Shown here: one piece after another, positions 10,001 to 19,054 of the stretch | Numbering within the stretch: the stretch's first letter is position 1 | Layout of the letters: every line of letters starts with the position of its first letter | DNA from: Gemmatimonadaceae bacterium | GTDB lineage: Bacteria > Gemmatimonadota > Gemmatimonadetes > Gemmatimonadales > Gemmatimonadaceae | Assembly: GCA_035554795.1 (NCBI GenBank) | Contig: DATMHT010000404.1 | Coordinates: 1 to 59,163 of the forward strand | Length of the DNA: 59,163 nt | Direction of reading: 5' to 3' | The notes under the pieces: model-generated | What the model saw: only the letters and a program-made list of their open reading frames with translations | Database searches by the model: none | What the model was told of the DNA's origin: nothing | Made by a program: the position numbers and the translations under genes

Positions 10001-10068
10001 GCGCGGACGAGGACTCCGACGCCTCGACGCTGCTCGGCGGCGGCAGCATCACGGTGCACGCGCGGTAG
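7066..10068 (+). CDS. secreted multidomain DNA/RNA non-specific endonuclease lipoprotein (LTD + 2x Big_2 + Endonuclease_NS + 2x PKD + C-terminal domain)
   Basis: Lipobox LALVSC after the ATG at 7066. Lamin-tail-like segment (VITEFMSDP...GEWFELYN). Two Big_2-like repeats ([32 protein letters not shown]). Catalytic DRGHMVQSE...N motif of the Serratia/NucA family. Two PKD repeats ([11 protein letters not shown]...YTATVTVTD; TVTWDDG...[13 protein letters not shown]). Confidence 0.9.
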   Translation: MRPTSTHTLRSALLALALVSCTSDRALGPDRAGPSLRGDGLTSGPSLVITEFMSDPSAVLDGSGEWFELYNPTASDIDLSGYRIVSGSGSLGTESATINAAAGTVIAPAGGYVVIGNNTNFATNGGVTEAYSYGGSIALANNTTDWLAIKDRNGVLLDSIAYSASTVTVDATGKLLSRTITSPSIQPPAGVSRAVKDPLADNTIVADPTNWTSGAAPYGAGDLGSPGAVNPVPGPVATVVPRISYVVQNAPFTITAVGYDANGLQSNTTFTWTSSNPEIATITSAGRATFVAPGVTMLTATSANGVSGTAPLFAVLPGDVASVSIESNDPLRMPVGFTKPEFPTTKTTTGATVTPTLVWTSSDPSVATVDQLGYVTGVAAGDVTIRATVQGGYVYGIKQFTIEPATAPTSAVYRNHLEFGKPISATGDGVLLAKPQYVLSYNAARGGANWVSWDINGSQFGAVPRCDCFSADQQLPADVYHVVDFDYRNGGYDRGHMVQSESRTTTDQENAATFLLTNILPQAAANNQGPWSQLENYLNGLARNEGKEVYVVAGGIYADNAPTLKNEGRVAIPDYTWKVAVVVPAGTGLANIHSAADLQVIAVKMPNLTEANATASAPNFAGTRSATGNILNTPWQTFATTVDQIEIATGLDLLSALPDNIERLVESTDKAPVANAGGPYAGSEGSPITFDAAASSDPDAGDVLTYAWDFGDGTTGTGANPQHAYADNGSYTATVTVTDGTGVYDQATATVTVANVAPVITGVSFTTDPVAVGTPVTITTTFTDAGTGDTHAGTTVTWDDGQLSTATVTESSGSGTATATRTFTQAGVYVVTVTVTDDDGGAATQTSRQYVVVYDPTAGFVTGGGWIDSPAGAYAFDPTLAGKATFGFVARYQKGATVPSGNTEFQLREGGFEFSSTSYQWLVVAGTSKAQFKGTGTIAGRPGSYGFLLTAVDDASGDRFRIKIWDTGTSTVVYDNQSGADEDSDASTLLGGGSITVHAR

Positions 10069-10105
10069 GGACGTCGGCGCTCGTAGCTCCTACCGCCTCA
10101 TGGAC

Positions 10106-10216
10106 GGCGGGTGGGGGGTGGCGGGTGGCGCGTGATCGGTGGACAACGACGGCGCGCGGAGCGATGCTCCTGCGCGCCGTCGTTCCATTTCCGCCACCCG
10201 CCACCCGCCATCCGCC
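10106..10216. repeat. nested palindromic element (G-tract outer arms plus 13-bp inner hairpin) between co-directional genes
   Basis: Outer arms GGCGGGTGGGGGGTGGCGGGTGGCG (10106-10130) vs CGCCACCCGCCACCCGCCATCCGCC (10192-10216), 23/25 complementary. Inner perfect stem AACGACGGCGCGC (10145-10157) / GCGCGCCGTCGTT (10172-10184). Confidence 0.8.
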
Positions 10217-11878
10217 GTGACGCGATTCGCACTCCTGCTCGCCGTCACAACGGCCTGCGCCACCGCTCCCCGCCGCGTGCCTAACGAATCCGCCGTCACC
10301 CTCGCCGTCGTCAATGCCCGCGTCTGGACGGGCGACCCGCGCCGTCCCTGGGCCGACGCCATCGCCGTGCGCGGCGACCGCATCGAGCTCGTGGGGTCGA
10401 GCGCGGCGGTCAAGAAGCTCGCCGGTCCGAACACGCGCGTGATGGACGCCGGCGGGCAGATGCTCGTCCCCGGCTTCATCGACGCGCACGTCCATTTCGT
10501 GGACGGTGGCTTCCGACTCGCCTCCGTGCAGCTCCGCGACGCCCGGACCCCGGCCGAGTTCACGGCACGCATCAAGGCGTTCGCGGCGACCGTGCCGAAG
10601 GGGACGTGGATCACCGGTGGCGACTGGGACCACACGGCCTGGGGCGGCACGCTCCCCGACCGGTCGTGGGTGGACTCGGTCACTCCCGACAATCCGGTCT
10701 GGGTGAACCGCCTCGACGGCCACATGGCGCTCGCCAACTCGGCGGCGCTGCGGGCCGCGGGCGTGGACCGCGCGACGCGCGACGTGGACGGCGGCACGAT
10801 CGTGCGCGACGCGGCCGGCGCGCCGGCGGGCGTCCTCAAGGACAACGCGATGGCGCTCGTGGATCGCGTCGTGCCGCCGCCGTCGGCCGAGATGAGCGAT
10901 CGCGCGCTCGACGCGGCGATGCGCTACGTGGCCGCGCGCGGCGTGACGACGGTCCACAACATGGGCACGTGGGACGACCTCGCCACGTTCGAGCGCGCGC
11001 ACCGCGCCGGCCGGCTCGTCACGCGCATCCACGCCGCCGTCCCGCTCGACACGTGGGAGCGGCTGCGCGACACCGTCGCCGCCCGCGGCCGCGGCGACGC
11101 CTGGCTCCGCATCGGCGGGCTCAAGGGCTTCGTGGACGGCTCGCTCGGCTCCCACACGGCGGCGATGCTCGCGCCGTTCACCGACGCGCCGGGCGACACC
11201 GGGCTGTTCGTCAACACGCCCGAGAATCTGTACCGGTGGACGAAGGGCGCCGACGCCGCCGGGCTCCAGGTGATCGTGCACGCGATCGGCGACCGCGCGA
11301 TCCGCACGCAGCTCGACGTGTTCGAGCGCGTCGAGCGCGAGAACGGCGCGCGCGACCGGCGGTTCCGCATCGAGCACGCGCAGCACATCGCGCCGGCCGA
11401 CGTGCCGCGCTTCGCCACGCTCCACGTCATCGCGAGCATGCAGCCCTACCACGCGATCGACGATGGGCGCTGGGCGGAGAAGGTGATCGGCCCCGAGCGC
11501 GCGCGGACGACGTACGCCTTCCGCTCGCTGCGCGACGCCGGCGCGACGCTCGCCTTCGGCAGCGACTGGTTCGTCGCGCCGCCGACGCCGCTCGAGGGGA
11601 TCTACGCCGCCGTCACCCGCCGCACGCTCGACGGCGCGCACCCGGACGGGTGGGTGCCGGAGCAGAAGATCGGCGTCGAGGACGCGCTGCGCGCCTACAC
11701 GAGCGGCGGTGCCTACGCCGGCTTCGCCGAGCGCGAGACGGGAACGCTCGAGCGCGGCAAGCTCGCCGACTTCGTGCTCGTCGATCGCGACATCACCCGC
11801 GTCCCGCCCGAGACCATCCGAGACGCGCGCGTCACGATGACCGTGGTCGGCGGGAAGGTCGTGTACGAGACGCACTGA
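10217..11878 (+). CDS. amidohydrolase-family metallohydrolase (Amidohydro_3 / YtcJ-like), probable lipoprotein
   Basis: PGFIDAHVHF HxH metal motif, VHAIGD and AFGSDW motifs. GTG at 10217 gives a lipoprotein-like N-terminus (VTRFALLLAVTTAC). The ATG at 10139 would place the palindromic element inside the CDS. Confidence 0.85.
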   Translation: MTRFALLLAVTTACATAPRRVPNESAVTLAVVNARVWTGDPRRPWADAIAVRGDRIELVGSSAAVKKLAGPNTRVMDAGGQMLVPGFIDAHVHFVDGGFRLASVQLRDARTPAEFTARIKAFAATVPKGTWITGGDWDHTAWGGTLPDRSWVDSVTPDNPVWVNRLDGHMALANSAALRAAGVDRATRDVDGGTIVRDAAGAPAGVLKDNAMALVDRVVPPPSAEMSDRALDAAMRYVAARGVTTVHNMGTWDDLATFERAHRAGRLVTRIHAAVPLDTWERLRDTVAARGRGDAWLRIGGLKGFVDGSLGSHTAAMLAPFTDAPGDTGLFVNTPENLYRWTKGADAAGLQVIVHAIGDRAIRTQLDVFERVERENGARDRRFRIEHAQHIAPADVPRFATLHVIASMQPYHAIDDGRWAEKVIGPERARTTYAFRSLRDAGATLAFGSDWFVAPPTPLEGIYAAVTRRTLDGAHPDGWVPEQKIGVEDALRAYTSGGAYAGFAERETGTLERGKLADFVLVDRDITRVPPETIRDARVTMTVVGGKVVYETH

Positions 11879-11893
11879 CCACCGAGGCGCATC

Positions 11894-12376
11894 ATGTCGG
11901 CATGCATCAGACGGTCTCTCGCCGCTCTGTTCGCCGCGACCGCGGCGCTCGCGGTGCCGGGGTGCTCTCCTCCGCGCTCCTCTTCCTCCGCCGGCGGCAG
12001 CAGCGGCAGTGCATCGGCGTCCGACAGCGCCGCGCGCGTCGAGGTGGACAGCGTGCGAATCGCACGGCTGGAGCGGGAGGCGCGCGCGCTGGCGAAAACG
12101 GACGGCTGCGCTCGCTCGGAGCAGTGCCGGACGGCGCCGGTCGGCCACCGCGCCTGCGGCGGCCCGCGCACCTACCTCGCGTACTGCGCGCGCACGACCG
12201 ACAGCACCGCGCTGTTCGCCAAGCTCGGCGAGCTCGCTCGCGCCGAAGAGGCGGCCCAGCGCCGGGAGGGCGTCGTGTCCACCTGCCTGATGCGGCTCCC
12301 GCCGACGGTGAGCCTCGGCGCCGGTCGGTGCGTCACGGTACCGGCGGACAGCGGCGGCACAGGCGGCGCGCCCTGA
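11894..12376 (+). CDS. hypothetical lipoprotein
   Basis: 160 aa. Signal peptide with lipobox (LAVPGC), Ser/Gly linker and several Cys. No family recognised. Confidence 0.55.
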   Translation: MSACIRRSLAALFAATAALAVPGCSPPRSSSSAGGSSGSASASDSAARVEVDSVRIARLEREARALAKTDGCARSEQCRTAPVGHRACGGPRTYLAYCARTTDSTALFAKLGELARAEEAAQRREGVVSTCLMRLPPTVSLGAGRCVTVPADSGGTGGAP

Positions 12377-13242
12377 CGTCCGGGCACCTGGGGGTGCGAG
12401 GCTGCATGCTGCCGGCCCGCACGTTCCGCGCGTGGTGCTGCGCGGTGAGCGGACCACCGCCGTGTCAGGCAAAGCAGCCCGTGATGTCAGGGCATGGGCT
12501 ATTGATTTAGCCACGTGACCGAACAATAGAATACGCAGCGCAAAGGCAGCCGGCCCTAACGTCGGTTGCGCCGCGCGTGCCGTGCAGCCGATGGCGTACT
12601 CTCGGCGCGCGGTTCCGCGGATCGACGAGCGAGCGGCGTACGCTGAGGACGCTCGGGCATCGTCGTTCGTGTCGCAGGAACGCAACAGAGGTGTGTCGGA
12701 TTGAGCAGCACGTCTCGTGCGGCATGCGGCTCCGAGCGGCGTAGCCCTCGCTTCGTAGGCTGGAGCCTGGGCCCGGAAACCGCTTCGTCCCGGCCTAACG
12801 CTTCTTACAAGAGACTCGTACCACGAGGCATCGCTAATGCATCGCCATTTCATTCGACCCGCGGACGCGGCACCGAGGCCGGCGCCGCCGCAGATCGATG
12901 GGCGATCGTACTTGCCTCGATTCCTGTATCGTCCGCAAGCAGGTCGGGTGCTCGACAATCTTGCGCGCCCACGTGGGGCGCACTACCGTGGGCGAAGGTG
13001 CGTTGCCGTTGGCCGTGCGGTACCGGCCACACCGCGCAACTCGCGCTTGCGCTTCGTCGAGTTCCGGTCAGCAGCGCCGAAAGCGGCGCCGGGTTGATGA
13101 CGAGGGCTGACCGAGAATGATGGACCGCGACAAACCTTCGCCCCAGTCTGCTTAGACGGATTCCCAAACTTCGGCTGTAGCTTCCTCCGCCGACGCGACG
13201 CAGCGCTGACGGTCGTCGTACCCGCTGTAACCGTGACTGTCC

Positions 13243-14871
13243 ATGCGTCCGGGACGATCCCCCGTCGTCGCCGAGTGTACGCCCCTCACGCGGGCGTACG
13301 CGCCGCCTAGCTACACCGCTCCGCCGCCACTGCGCGCGCCGGAGCCAGCGCCGGCCGTCGCCGGCGCCGCCGTGTTGCGCCACACGCCGGAGTCGGCGCT
13401 GGCCATCGCCGGCGCCGAAGAGTCGCGCCACGTACCGCGCGCGCGCCCGTACAACAGGCGCCTGTTCGTCGACTTGTGCCGGGCAGCCGACCCCGCCGTC
13501 GCGCTCCTCGTCTTCGGCGCCGTGTACGTCGTCGCCAACGCCGGCGAGATGCCGGGCGGCCTCGAGGGCTTCCTGCTGCTGCGGCTCTCGCTGGGCAACC
13601 TGTTGACGCTCGGCGCGTTCGCGTTCGCCTGGCAGCTCCTCTTCCTGCTGTTCGGCCTCTACGACGCCAGCGTGCCGCGCCGGCCGCTCGGCGAGTGGCA
13701 GAGCGTCGCCATGGCCGGCACCCTCGGCTCGCTGCTTGGCCTCGCGCCCGCGGCGTGGAGCCGGAGCGGCGCGTTCAGCGTCTGGGTGGTGCTCGTCGCC
13801 TGGCCGCTGACCGTGGCCGCGACGCTCGGCGTTCACGCCGCGCTCCGCCTCGTTGCGCGCCGCGGGGCGGCCCACCGCACGCAGCAGGTGATCATCGTCG
13901 GCAGCGGCCCGCTCGCGCTCCGGCTCTACCGAGAGGAGCTGAGCGATCCGGAGTCGCCGTACGACGTGCTCGGATTCGTGGATACGAACCCCGAGGTACA
14001 GTCGAGATTCGTGCGCGACCACCTGCTGGGCTCGCTCGAGGAGCTCGAGCAGCTGCTGATGCACACGGTCGTCGACGAGGTGCTGATCGCGCTGCCGGTC
14101 AAGTCCCACTACGACGAGATCCTGCGCGTGATCGAGGAGTGCGAGCGCGCGGGGGTCCAGTCGCGCTACAGCGCCGACGTCTTCCCGTCGCGCCTCGCGC
14201 AGCCGCGGGTGGAGACGCCCGAGAACGGCGGCCAGCCGGCCGTGGCCATGAAGGTCGTGAAGGACGATTACCGACTGGTCGTGAAGCGCGCGATCGACAT
14301 CGTGGCGTCGGTGGTCGCGCTCGTGATCCTCTCGCCCCTGTTCGCGCTGATCGCGATCGCCATCAAGGCCACGAATCCGGGGCCGGCGATCTTCGGTCAG
14401 GAGCGGTACGGGTGGAGGAAGCGCCAATTCACGATGTACAAGTTCCGCACGATGGTGACGAACGCCGAGGCGCTGCAGGGCGCGCTCGAGTCGCGCAACG
14501 AGGCGGCCGGGCCGGTCTTCAAGATCGCGAACGACCCGCGCGTCACCGCGTTCGGGCGCTTCCTGCGCAAGACGTCGCTCGACGAGCTGCCGCAGCTCTG
14601 GAACGTGCTCCGCGGCGACATGTCGCTCGTCGGCCCGCGCCCGCTTCCCCGGCGCGACGTGGACCGCTTCGACAGGGCGGCGCTGATGCGGCGCTTCAGC
14701 GTCGTGCCAGGGGTGACCTGCCTCTGGCAGATCAGCGGCCGCAGCGGGGTGTCCTTCGACCGCTGGATCGTGCTCGACCTCGAATACATCGACCGCTGGT
14801 CCCTCGCGCTCGACATGCAGATCCTCTGGAGGACCATCCCCGCGGTCGTCAAACGCCAAGGTGCCGTATGA
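13243..14871 (+). CDS. polyprenyl-phosphate glycosyl-1-phosphate transferase (priming 'bacterial sugar transferase', WbaP/WcaJ-like)
   Basis: 542 aa. N-terminal TM helices, Rossmann-like central region (VIIVGSGPLA). C-terminal Bac_transf motifs KRAIDIV...LSPLF, MYKFRTM, DPRVT..GRFLRKTSLDELPQLWNVLRGDMSLVGPRP. Confidence 0.9.
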   Translation: MRPGRSPVVAECTPLTRAYAPPSYTAPPPLRAPEPAPAVAGAAVLRHTPESALAIAGAEESRHVPRARPYNRRLFVDLCRAADPAVALLVFGAVYVVANAGEMPGGLEGFLLLRLSLGNLLTLGAFAFAWQLLFLLFGLYDASVPRRPLGEWQSVAMAGTLGSLLGLAPAAWSRSGAFSVWVVLVAWPLTVAATLGVHAALRLVARRGAAHRTQQVIIVGSGPLALRLYREELSDPESPYDVLGFVDTNPEVQSRFVRDHLLGSLEELEQLLMHTVVDEVLIALPVKSHYDEILRVIEECERAGVQSRYSADVFPSRLAQPRVETPENGGQPAVAMKVVKDDYRLVVKRAIDIVASVVALVILSPLFALIAIAIKATNPGPAIFGQERYGWRKRQFTMYKFRTMVTNAEALQGALESRNEAAGPVFKIANDPRVTAFGRFLRKTSLDELPQLWNVLRGDMSLVGPRPLPRRDVDRFDRAALMRRFSVVPGVTCLWQISGRSGVSFDRWIVLDLEYIDRWSLALDMQILWRTIPAVVKRQGAV

Positions 14872-15596
14872 CATCACCGATGCGTCCGTCGTCAGCGTGG
14901 CTCCGTGGGAGCGGCGTCGCCGCCTGCCACCGCCCGCGACTCGAAACCTCGCTCCTCTGCGCCGTGCTCGTCGCCGTCGCCGGCGTCACGCCGGTGTCGC
15001 GCGCCGCCGCGCAGTCGGACACGCTCGGCGTGCCGGCGATCGTCGTCCCCATGGACACGGTCAGGGGCCTGCGCCCCGGCGACGCGATCCGCGTCCGCGT
15101 GTGGCGCGAGCCCGACCTCACCGGCGACTTCGAGGTCGACGAGATGGGTGTGGCCGTCCTGCCGAAGATCGGACCGGTCAAGGTCGGCGGCATGTCGCCC
15201 GAGGCGCTGCGCGCGGTGCTCACGAAGACCTACGAGTCGTATCTGGTCCACACCGCCGTCGACGTCTCCCTGCTGCGCCGCGTGCAGGTGCTGGGCGCGG
15301 TGCGGAATCCCGGGCTCTACAAGACCGACGGCACGATGACGCTCGGGGACGCGCTGGCGCTCGCCGGCGGCGTCACGCCCCAGGGCAACGCGAAGGGCGT
15401 CCAGCTCACGCGCGAAGGCCGCGCGCTCAGTGGCAGCCTGTCGATGAACGATCGACTCGCGAACCTGCCGCTCAGGTCGGGCGACCAGATCTTCGTGCCG
15501 CAGCGGAACTGGGTCGCGCGGAACCCTGGCGTCCTCGTGTCGATGATCTCCTTGGCAGCGGGGATCACGACGAGAATCATGCTGAGTCACCGATAG
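14868..15596 (+). CDS. wza: polysaccharide export protein (OPX, Wza-like; Poly_export + SLBB)
   Basis: 242 aa. The ATG overlaps the upstream stop (ATGA). Signal peptide; GDAIRVRVW...DEMGVAVLPKIGPVKVGGMS and VQVLGAVRNPGLY...LGDALALAGG are typical Poly_export/SLBB segments. Confidence 0.85.
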   Translation: MTSPMRPSSAWLRGSGVAACHRPRLETSLLCAVLVAVAGVTPVSRAAAQSDTLGVPAIVVPMDTVRGLRPGDAIRVRVWREPDLTGDFEVDEMGVAVLPKIGPVKVGGMSPEALRAVLTKTYESYLVHTAVDVSLLRRVQVLGAVRNPGLYKTDGTMTLGDALALAGGVTPQGNAKGVQLTREGRALSGSLSMNDRLANLPLRSGDQIFVPQRNWVARNPGVLVSMISLAAGITTRIMLSHR

Positions 15597-15606
15597 GGAG
15601 CCCGAC

Positions 15607-18123
15607 ATGACTCGTCCCGGCCTGCCCGCGCCGCGGGAGAACAGAATGCTCGGCGCCGCCGTCGCCTCCCCGGTGGGAAGCTCCGACGACGGCACCTGGA
15701 TCGTGCGATACGGCGCCGGGTTGGTTCGCCGGCGCTGGCGCATGATCGCCGTCGTCGCGGTCGCGGTCGTGGCGGCGGCCACCGCCTACGTGCGGTCGCG
15801 GACGCCGCAGTACGAAGGCACGGCGACGGTGCGGGTGTACGAGAAGGACCGGCAGCTCCCGGTGGTCGACGTGGTGCCGTTCGACAACGACGTCACGACC
15901 GAGATGCAGATGCTGCAGAGTCGGACTCTCGCGGCGTACGTCGTGGACTCGCTCGGCCTGCGGCTGCAGCTCGTCGCGCCCGCCGACGCGCCGCGGAGTG
16001 GCGTGCTCTCGAGCGTCCGCGTCGCCGCGGACGCGCCGGTCGGCACGTACTCGCTGCGGCGACAGCCGAGCGGCGCGTACCTCCTGCAGGACCTCGCCGC
16101 CGGGGACACGCTCGCGACGGTCGGTCCGGGACAGCCCGTCGCCGTCCGCGGCGTGGCCCTCGCCGTCCAGCCGGCGCTCGACGCGGAGGAGAGCGTCGAC
16201 TTCGCGGTGACCGGCACCGACGAGGCGATCGCGGCGCTGAAGAGCGGCATCAGCGTCGCGCGGCCGCTGCCGACCGGTTCCGTCATCGCCGTCACGTACC
16301 GGTCGCCCGACCCGGCGCTCGCGCGCGACGTGCCGAACGTGCTCGTCGGCCGCTTCCTCCAGGATCGGCAGGACACGCGGCAGTCCTCGTCGCGCAGCAT
16401 GGCGGAGTTCCTCCGCGCCGAGATCGCGAAGATCTCGACGCGGCTCCGCGACGCGGAGGACTCGCTGCGCGTGTTTCGCGAGGCGCGCGGCGTCGTGAGC
16501 CTGCCGGACCAGGCGAGCAGCGACGTGCGCGAGCTGGCCGGGCTCGTCGAGCGGCGCAACACGGTCGCCACCGAGCGAACGGCGCTCGGCGCTCTCCTCG
16601 CGACCGCGGGTCCGACGTCCCGGGCCGACACCTCCCGGACGCCCAGTCCCTACCGTCACCTCGTCGCGTTCCCGACGCTCATCCAGAACCACGTCATCGG
16701 CCAGCTCCTCAGCTCCCTCACCGAGACCGAGGACCGGATCACGGAGCTGAGCACGCGACGCTCCGCCCAGGACCCCGACGTCAAGGTGCTCGTGGCGCGC
16801 GTCAAGTCGCTCGAGGAGCAGCTGCGCAACGTGTGCGACGCGTACCTCCAGGGTCTGACGAACGAGGCGGCGGCGCTCGACGGCACGATCGCGGACACGC
16901 GCCGCTCGATGGGCCGGCTCCCGGTCACCGAGATGCGGGTCCGCCAGCTCGAGCGCGATCAGCAGGGGCTGGAGCAGACGTACATGCAGCTGCAGACGAG
17001 ACTGAAGGACGCGGAGATCGCGGAAGTCTCGAGCGACCCGAGCGTACAACTCGTCGACGCCGCGGCGCTGCCGATCGCGCCGGTGAACACCCGGGCGCGT
17101 CTGCTGCTCGCCGGCTCGCTGGTCCTGGGCCTCCTCCTCGGGCTCGCCGCCGCGCTCGTCCGCGAGCTCGCCGACCCCGCCGTGCACACGCACGCCGACG
17201 TCGAGGCGGCCCTCGGCCGTCCGGTGCTGGCGATGATTCCGCGCATCGTGGAGGGCGGGGGGCGCCATCGCCTCTGGTCCTCGCGTGCGCAGCGTCTCCT
17301 CCCAGCCGTGTCGGGCGCGAACGGCGCCGACCGGGCGCCGCGGCTGGCCGCGCGCGCTCGGACCGCGCCGACGCCGACGCCGTTCACCCCACTCGCCGAC
17401 GCATACGACCGTCTCCACACGAACCTCGTGTGGTCGCAGCCCGAGGCGCCGACGCGGACGGTGCTCTTCACCAGCGCGCTGCCCGGCGACGGCAAGACGA
17501 CGAGTGCGACGAATTTCGCGATCACCCTGGTACAGCGCGGCCTGCGGGTCCTGCTCGTCGACGGCGACCTGCGGCGCGGCATGATCCACCGGGTCTTCAA
17601 GGCGCCGATCGGCCCGGGACTCTCGGAGCTCCTGGACGGATCGGTCGAGGTCGCGGAGGTCGTCCGCCGCGTGGAGATCGCCGGCGGCGGCTCGCTCGAC
17701 TACATCCCCGCCGGGCACATCATGGGCAACCCGACGCAGCTGCTGTCGTCCCCGCGCGCCGCTGCCCTCCTCGAGACGTTCGCCGGCCAGTACGACCGGG
17801 TCGTGATCGACTCGTCGCCGCTCAACGTCGTGTCGGAGGCGACGATTCTCGCCGGACTGGCCGATCGCGTCGTGTTCGTCGTCCGCGCGGGCGTCACGCC
17901 GTTCGACGCGCTCACCTACGCCGCCGAGCAGATGGCGCTGCTCAAGACACCGCTGGACGGGGTGGTGATGAACGCGGTCGACTTCGGTCGCGCCGCGAGC
18001 TACGACCCCGCGTACCGGTGGTATTCGCACGGCCAGCGGTACTACGCGGCGCAGGCGGAGGCGCGGCAGCGCCACCTCGCCGCGACCGAGCTCGACTCGC
18101 CAGCGGCGGCGGAGCGCGCATGA
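15607..18123 (+). CDS. wzc: polysaccharide co-polymerase with C-terminal BY-kinase (Wzc/GumC-like, PCP-2a type)
   Basis: 838 aa. Wzz-type N-terminus with TM helix, long coiled-coil periplasmic region, second TM helix. Walker A PGDGKTT, Walker A' LLVDGDLRRG, Walker B VVIDSSP. Tyr-rich tail (YDPAYRWYSHGQRYY). Confidence 0.9.
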   Translation: MTRPGLPAPRENRMLGAAVASPVGSSDDGTWIVRYGAGLVRRRWRMIAVVAVAVVAAATAYVRSRTPQYEGTATVRVYEKDRQLPVVDVVPFDNDVTTEMQMLQSRTLAAYVVDSLGLRLQLVAPADAPRSGVLSSVRVAADAPVGTYSLRRQPSGAYLLQDLAAGDTLATVGPGQPVAVRGVALAVQPALDAEESVDFAVTGTDEAIAALKSGISVARPLPTGSVIAVTYRSPDPALARDVPNVLVGRFLQDRQDTRQSSSRSMAEFLRAEIAKISTRLRDAEDSLRVFREARGVVSLPDQASSDVRELAGLVERRNTVATERTALGALLATAGPTSRADTSRTPSPYRHLVAFPTLIQNHVIGQLLSSLTETEDRITELSTRRSAQDPDVKVLVARVKSLEEQLRNVCDAYLQGLTNEAAALDGTIADTRRSMGRLPVTEMRVRQLERDQQGLEQTYMQLQTRLKDAEIAEVSSDPSVQLVDAAALPIAPVNTRARLLLAGSLVLGLLLGLAAALVRELADPAVHTHADVEAALGRPVLAMIPRIVEGGGRHRLWSSRAQRLLPAVSGANGADRAPRLAARARTAPTPTPFTPLADAYDRLHTNLVWSQPEAPTRTVLFTSALPGDGKTTSATNFAITLVQRGLRVLLVDGDLRRGMIHRVFKAPIGPGLSELLDGSVEVAEVVRRVEIAGGGSLDYIPAGHIMGNPTQLLSSPRAAALLETFAGQYDRVVIDSSPLNVVSEATILAGLADRVVFVVRAGVTPFDALTYAAEQMALLKTPLDGVVMNAVDFGRAASYDPAYRWYSHGQRYYAAQAEARQRHLAATELDSPAAAERA

Positions 18124-19043
18124 CGACGCTCGGGGGTGAGATGCTGACGCGCGCGGGCACCGCGGCGCCAGCCGGGTTCGAGGTGCCGTCGTCGCCGCTG
18201 TCGCCGCCGTCGGCGCGGGCGCTGCGCCGGACGAGGATCCAGGCGGCGCCGCGCTGGCCGACGCCGAACCTGCGCGAAGTGTGGGCCGCGCGCGGCCTGC
18301 TCCTCTTCCTGGTCTGGCGTGACGTGAAGGTGCGCTACGCGCAGACGGTGCTCGGGGCGTCCTGGGCGGTGCTCCAGCCGGTCGCGACGATGGTGGTCTT
18401 CACCGTGATCTTCGGCCGCTTCGCGCGCATTCCATCGGGCGGCGTCCCCTACGCCGTGTTCTCGCTCACCGCCCTGGTGGCCTGGAGCTACTTCGCCGGC
18501 GCGCTGTCGGGGGCGAGCAACAGTCTGCTGAGCAACCTCGGCCTCGTCACCAAGGTGTACTGCCCGCGGCTCGTCATCCCGCTCTCGGCGGTCTTCGCCG
18601 GGCTGCTGGATTTCGTGATCGCGTTCTCGATACTGCTCGTCGCGATCGCGGGGGCCGGCATCGTCCCGTCGCCCTGGGCGATTCTCGTCGTGCCGGTCTC
18701 GCTGCTGGCCGTGATGATGACCGCGGCGGGAGTCGGATGCTTCCTCGCGGCGATCAACATCCAGTACCGCGACGTGAAGCAGATCACCCCGTTTCTCGTG
18801 CAGCTCTGGATGTACGGCTCCCCCATCGTCTACCCGCTGTCGCTCGTGCCGGCGAAGTACCGCGCGCTCTACGCATTCAACCCGATGACCGGAGTCGTCG
18901 AAGGGCTGCGCGCGGCCATGCTGGGCACGGGGCCGATCCCCGCCGCGCTGATGGTCGCGTCCCTGGCGGTGAGCGCGGTGCTGCTCGCGTGCGGCACGCT
19001 GTACTTCCGTCACGTCGAGCGCGTCTTCGCCGACGTCGCCTGA
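18120..19043 (+). CDS. wzm: ABC-2 type polysaccharide exporter permease (Wzm-like)
   Basis: 307 aa with ATGA overlap to wzc. WRDVKVRYAQTVLGASWAVLQP motif and six hydrophobic helices typical of ABC-2/Wzm permeases. Confidence 0.85.
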   Translation: MTTLGGEMLTRAGTAAPAGFEVPSSPLSPPSARALRRTRIQAAPRWPTPNLREVWAARGLLLFLVWRDVKVRYAQTVLGASWAVLQPVATMVVFTVIFGRFARIPSGGVPYAVFSLTALVAWSYFAGALSGASNSLLSNLGLVTKVYCPRLVIPLSAVFAGLLDFVIAFSILLVAIAGAGIVPSPWAILVVPVSLLAVMMTAAGVGCFLAAINIQYRDVKQITPFLVQLWMYGSPIVYPLSLVPAKYRALYAFNPMTGVVEGLRAAMLGTGPIPAALMVASLAVSAVLLACGTLYFRHVERVFADVA

Positions 19044-19054
19044 GGATCGCGAGC

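Noticed and set aside
6742-10059. 1105-aa ORF on the minus strand, antisense to the nuclease gene. Similar giant antisense or off-frame ORFs occur at 10049..12958, 15577..18075, 29156..32236, 32863..35475, 35228..37021 and elsewhere.
   Set aside because: The translations are monotonous Arg/Ala/Gly/Pro/Asp strings with no motifs. They lie opposite frames that carry clear catalytic motifs and GC3 bias. This is the classic stop-codon-poor artefact of a very GC-rich genome.
12377-13242. JUMPstart/ops antitermination element or small genes (for example ORF 12837..13097) in the operon leader
   Set aside because: The nearest match, GGCGTAGCC at about 12737, does not match the ops core GGCGGTAG. The ORFs there lack GC3 bias and any motif. 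I kept the region only as an unexplained long leader.
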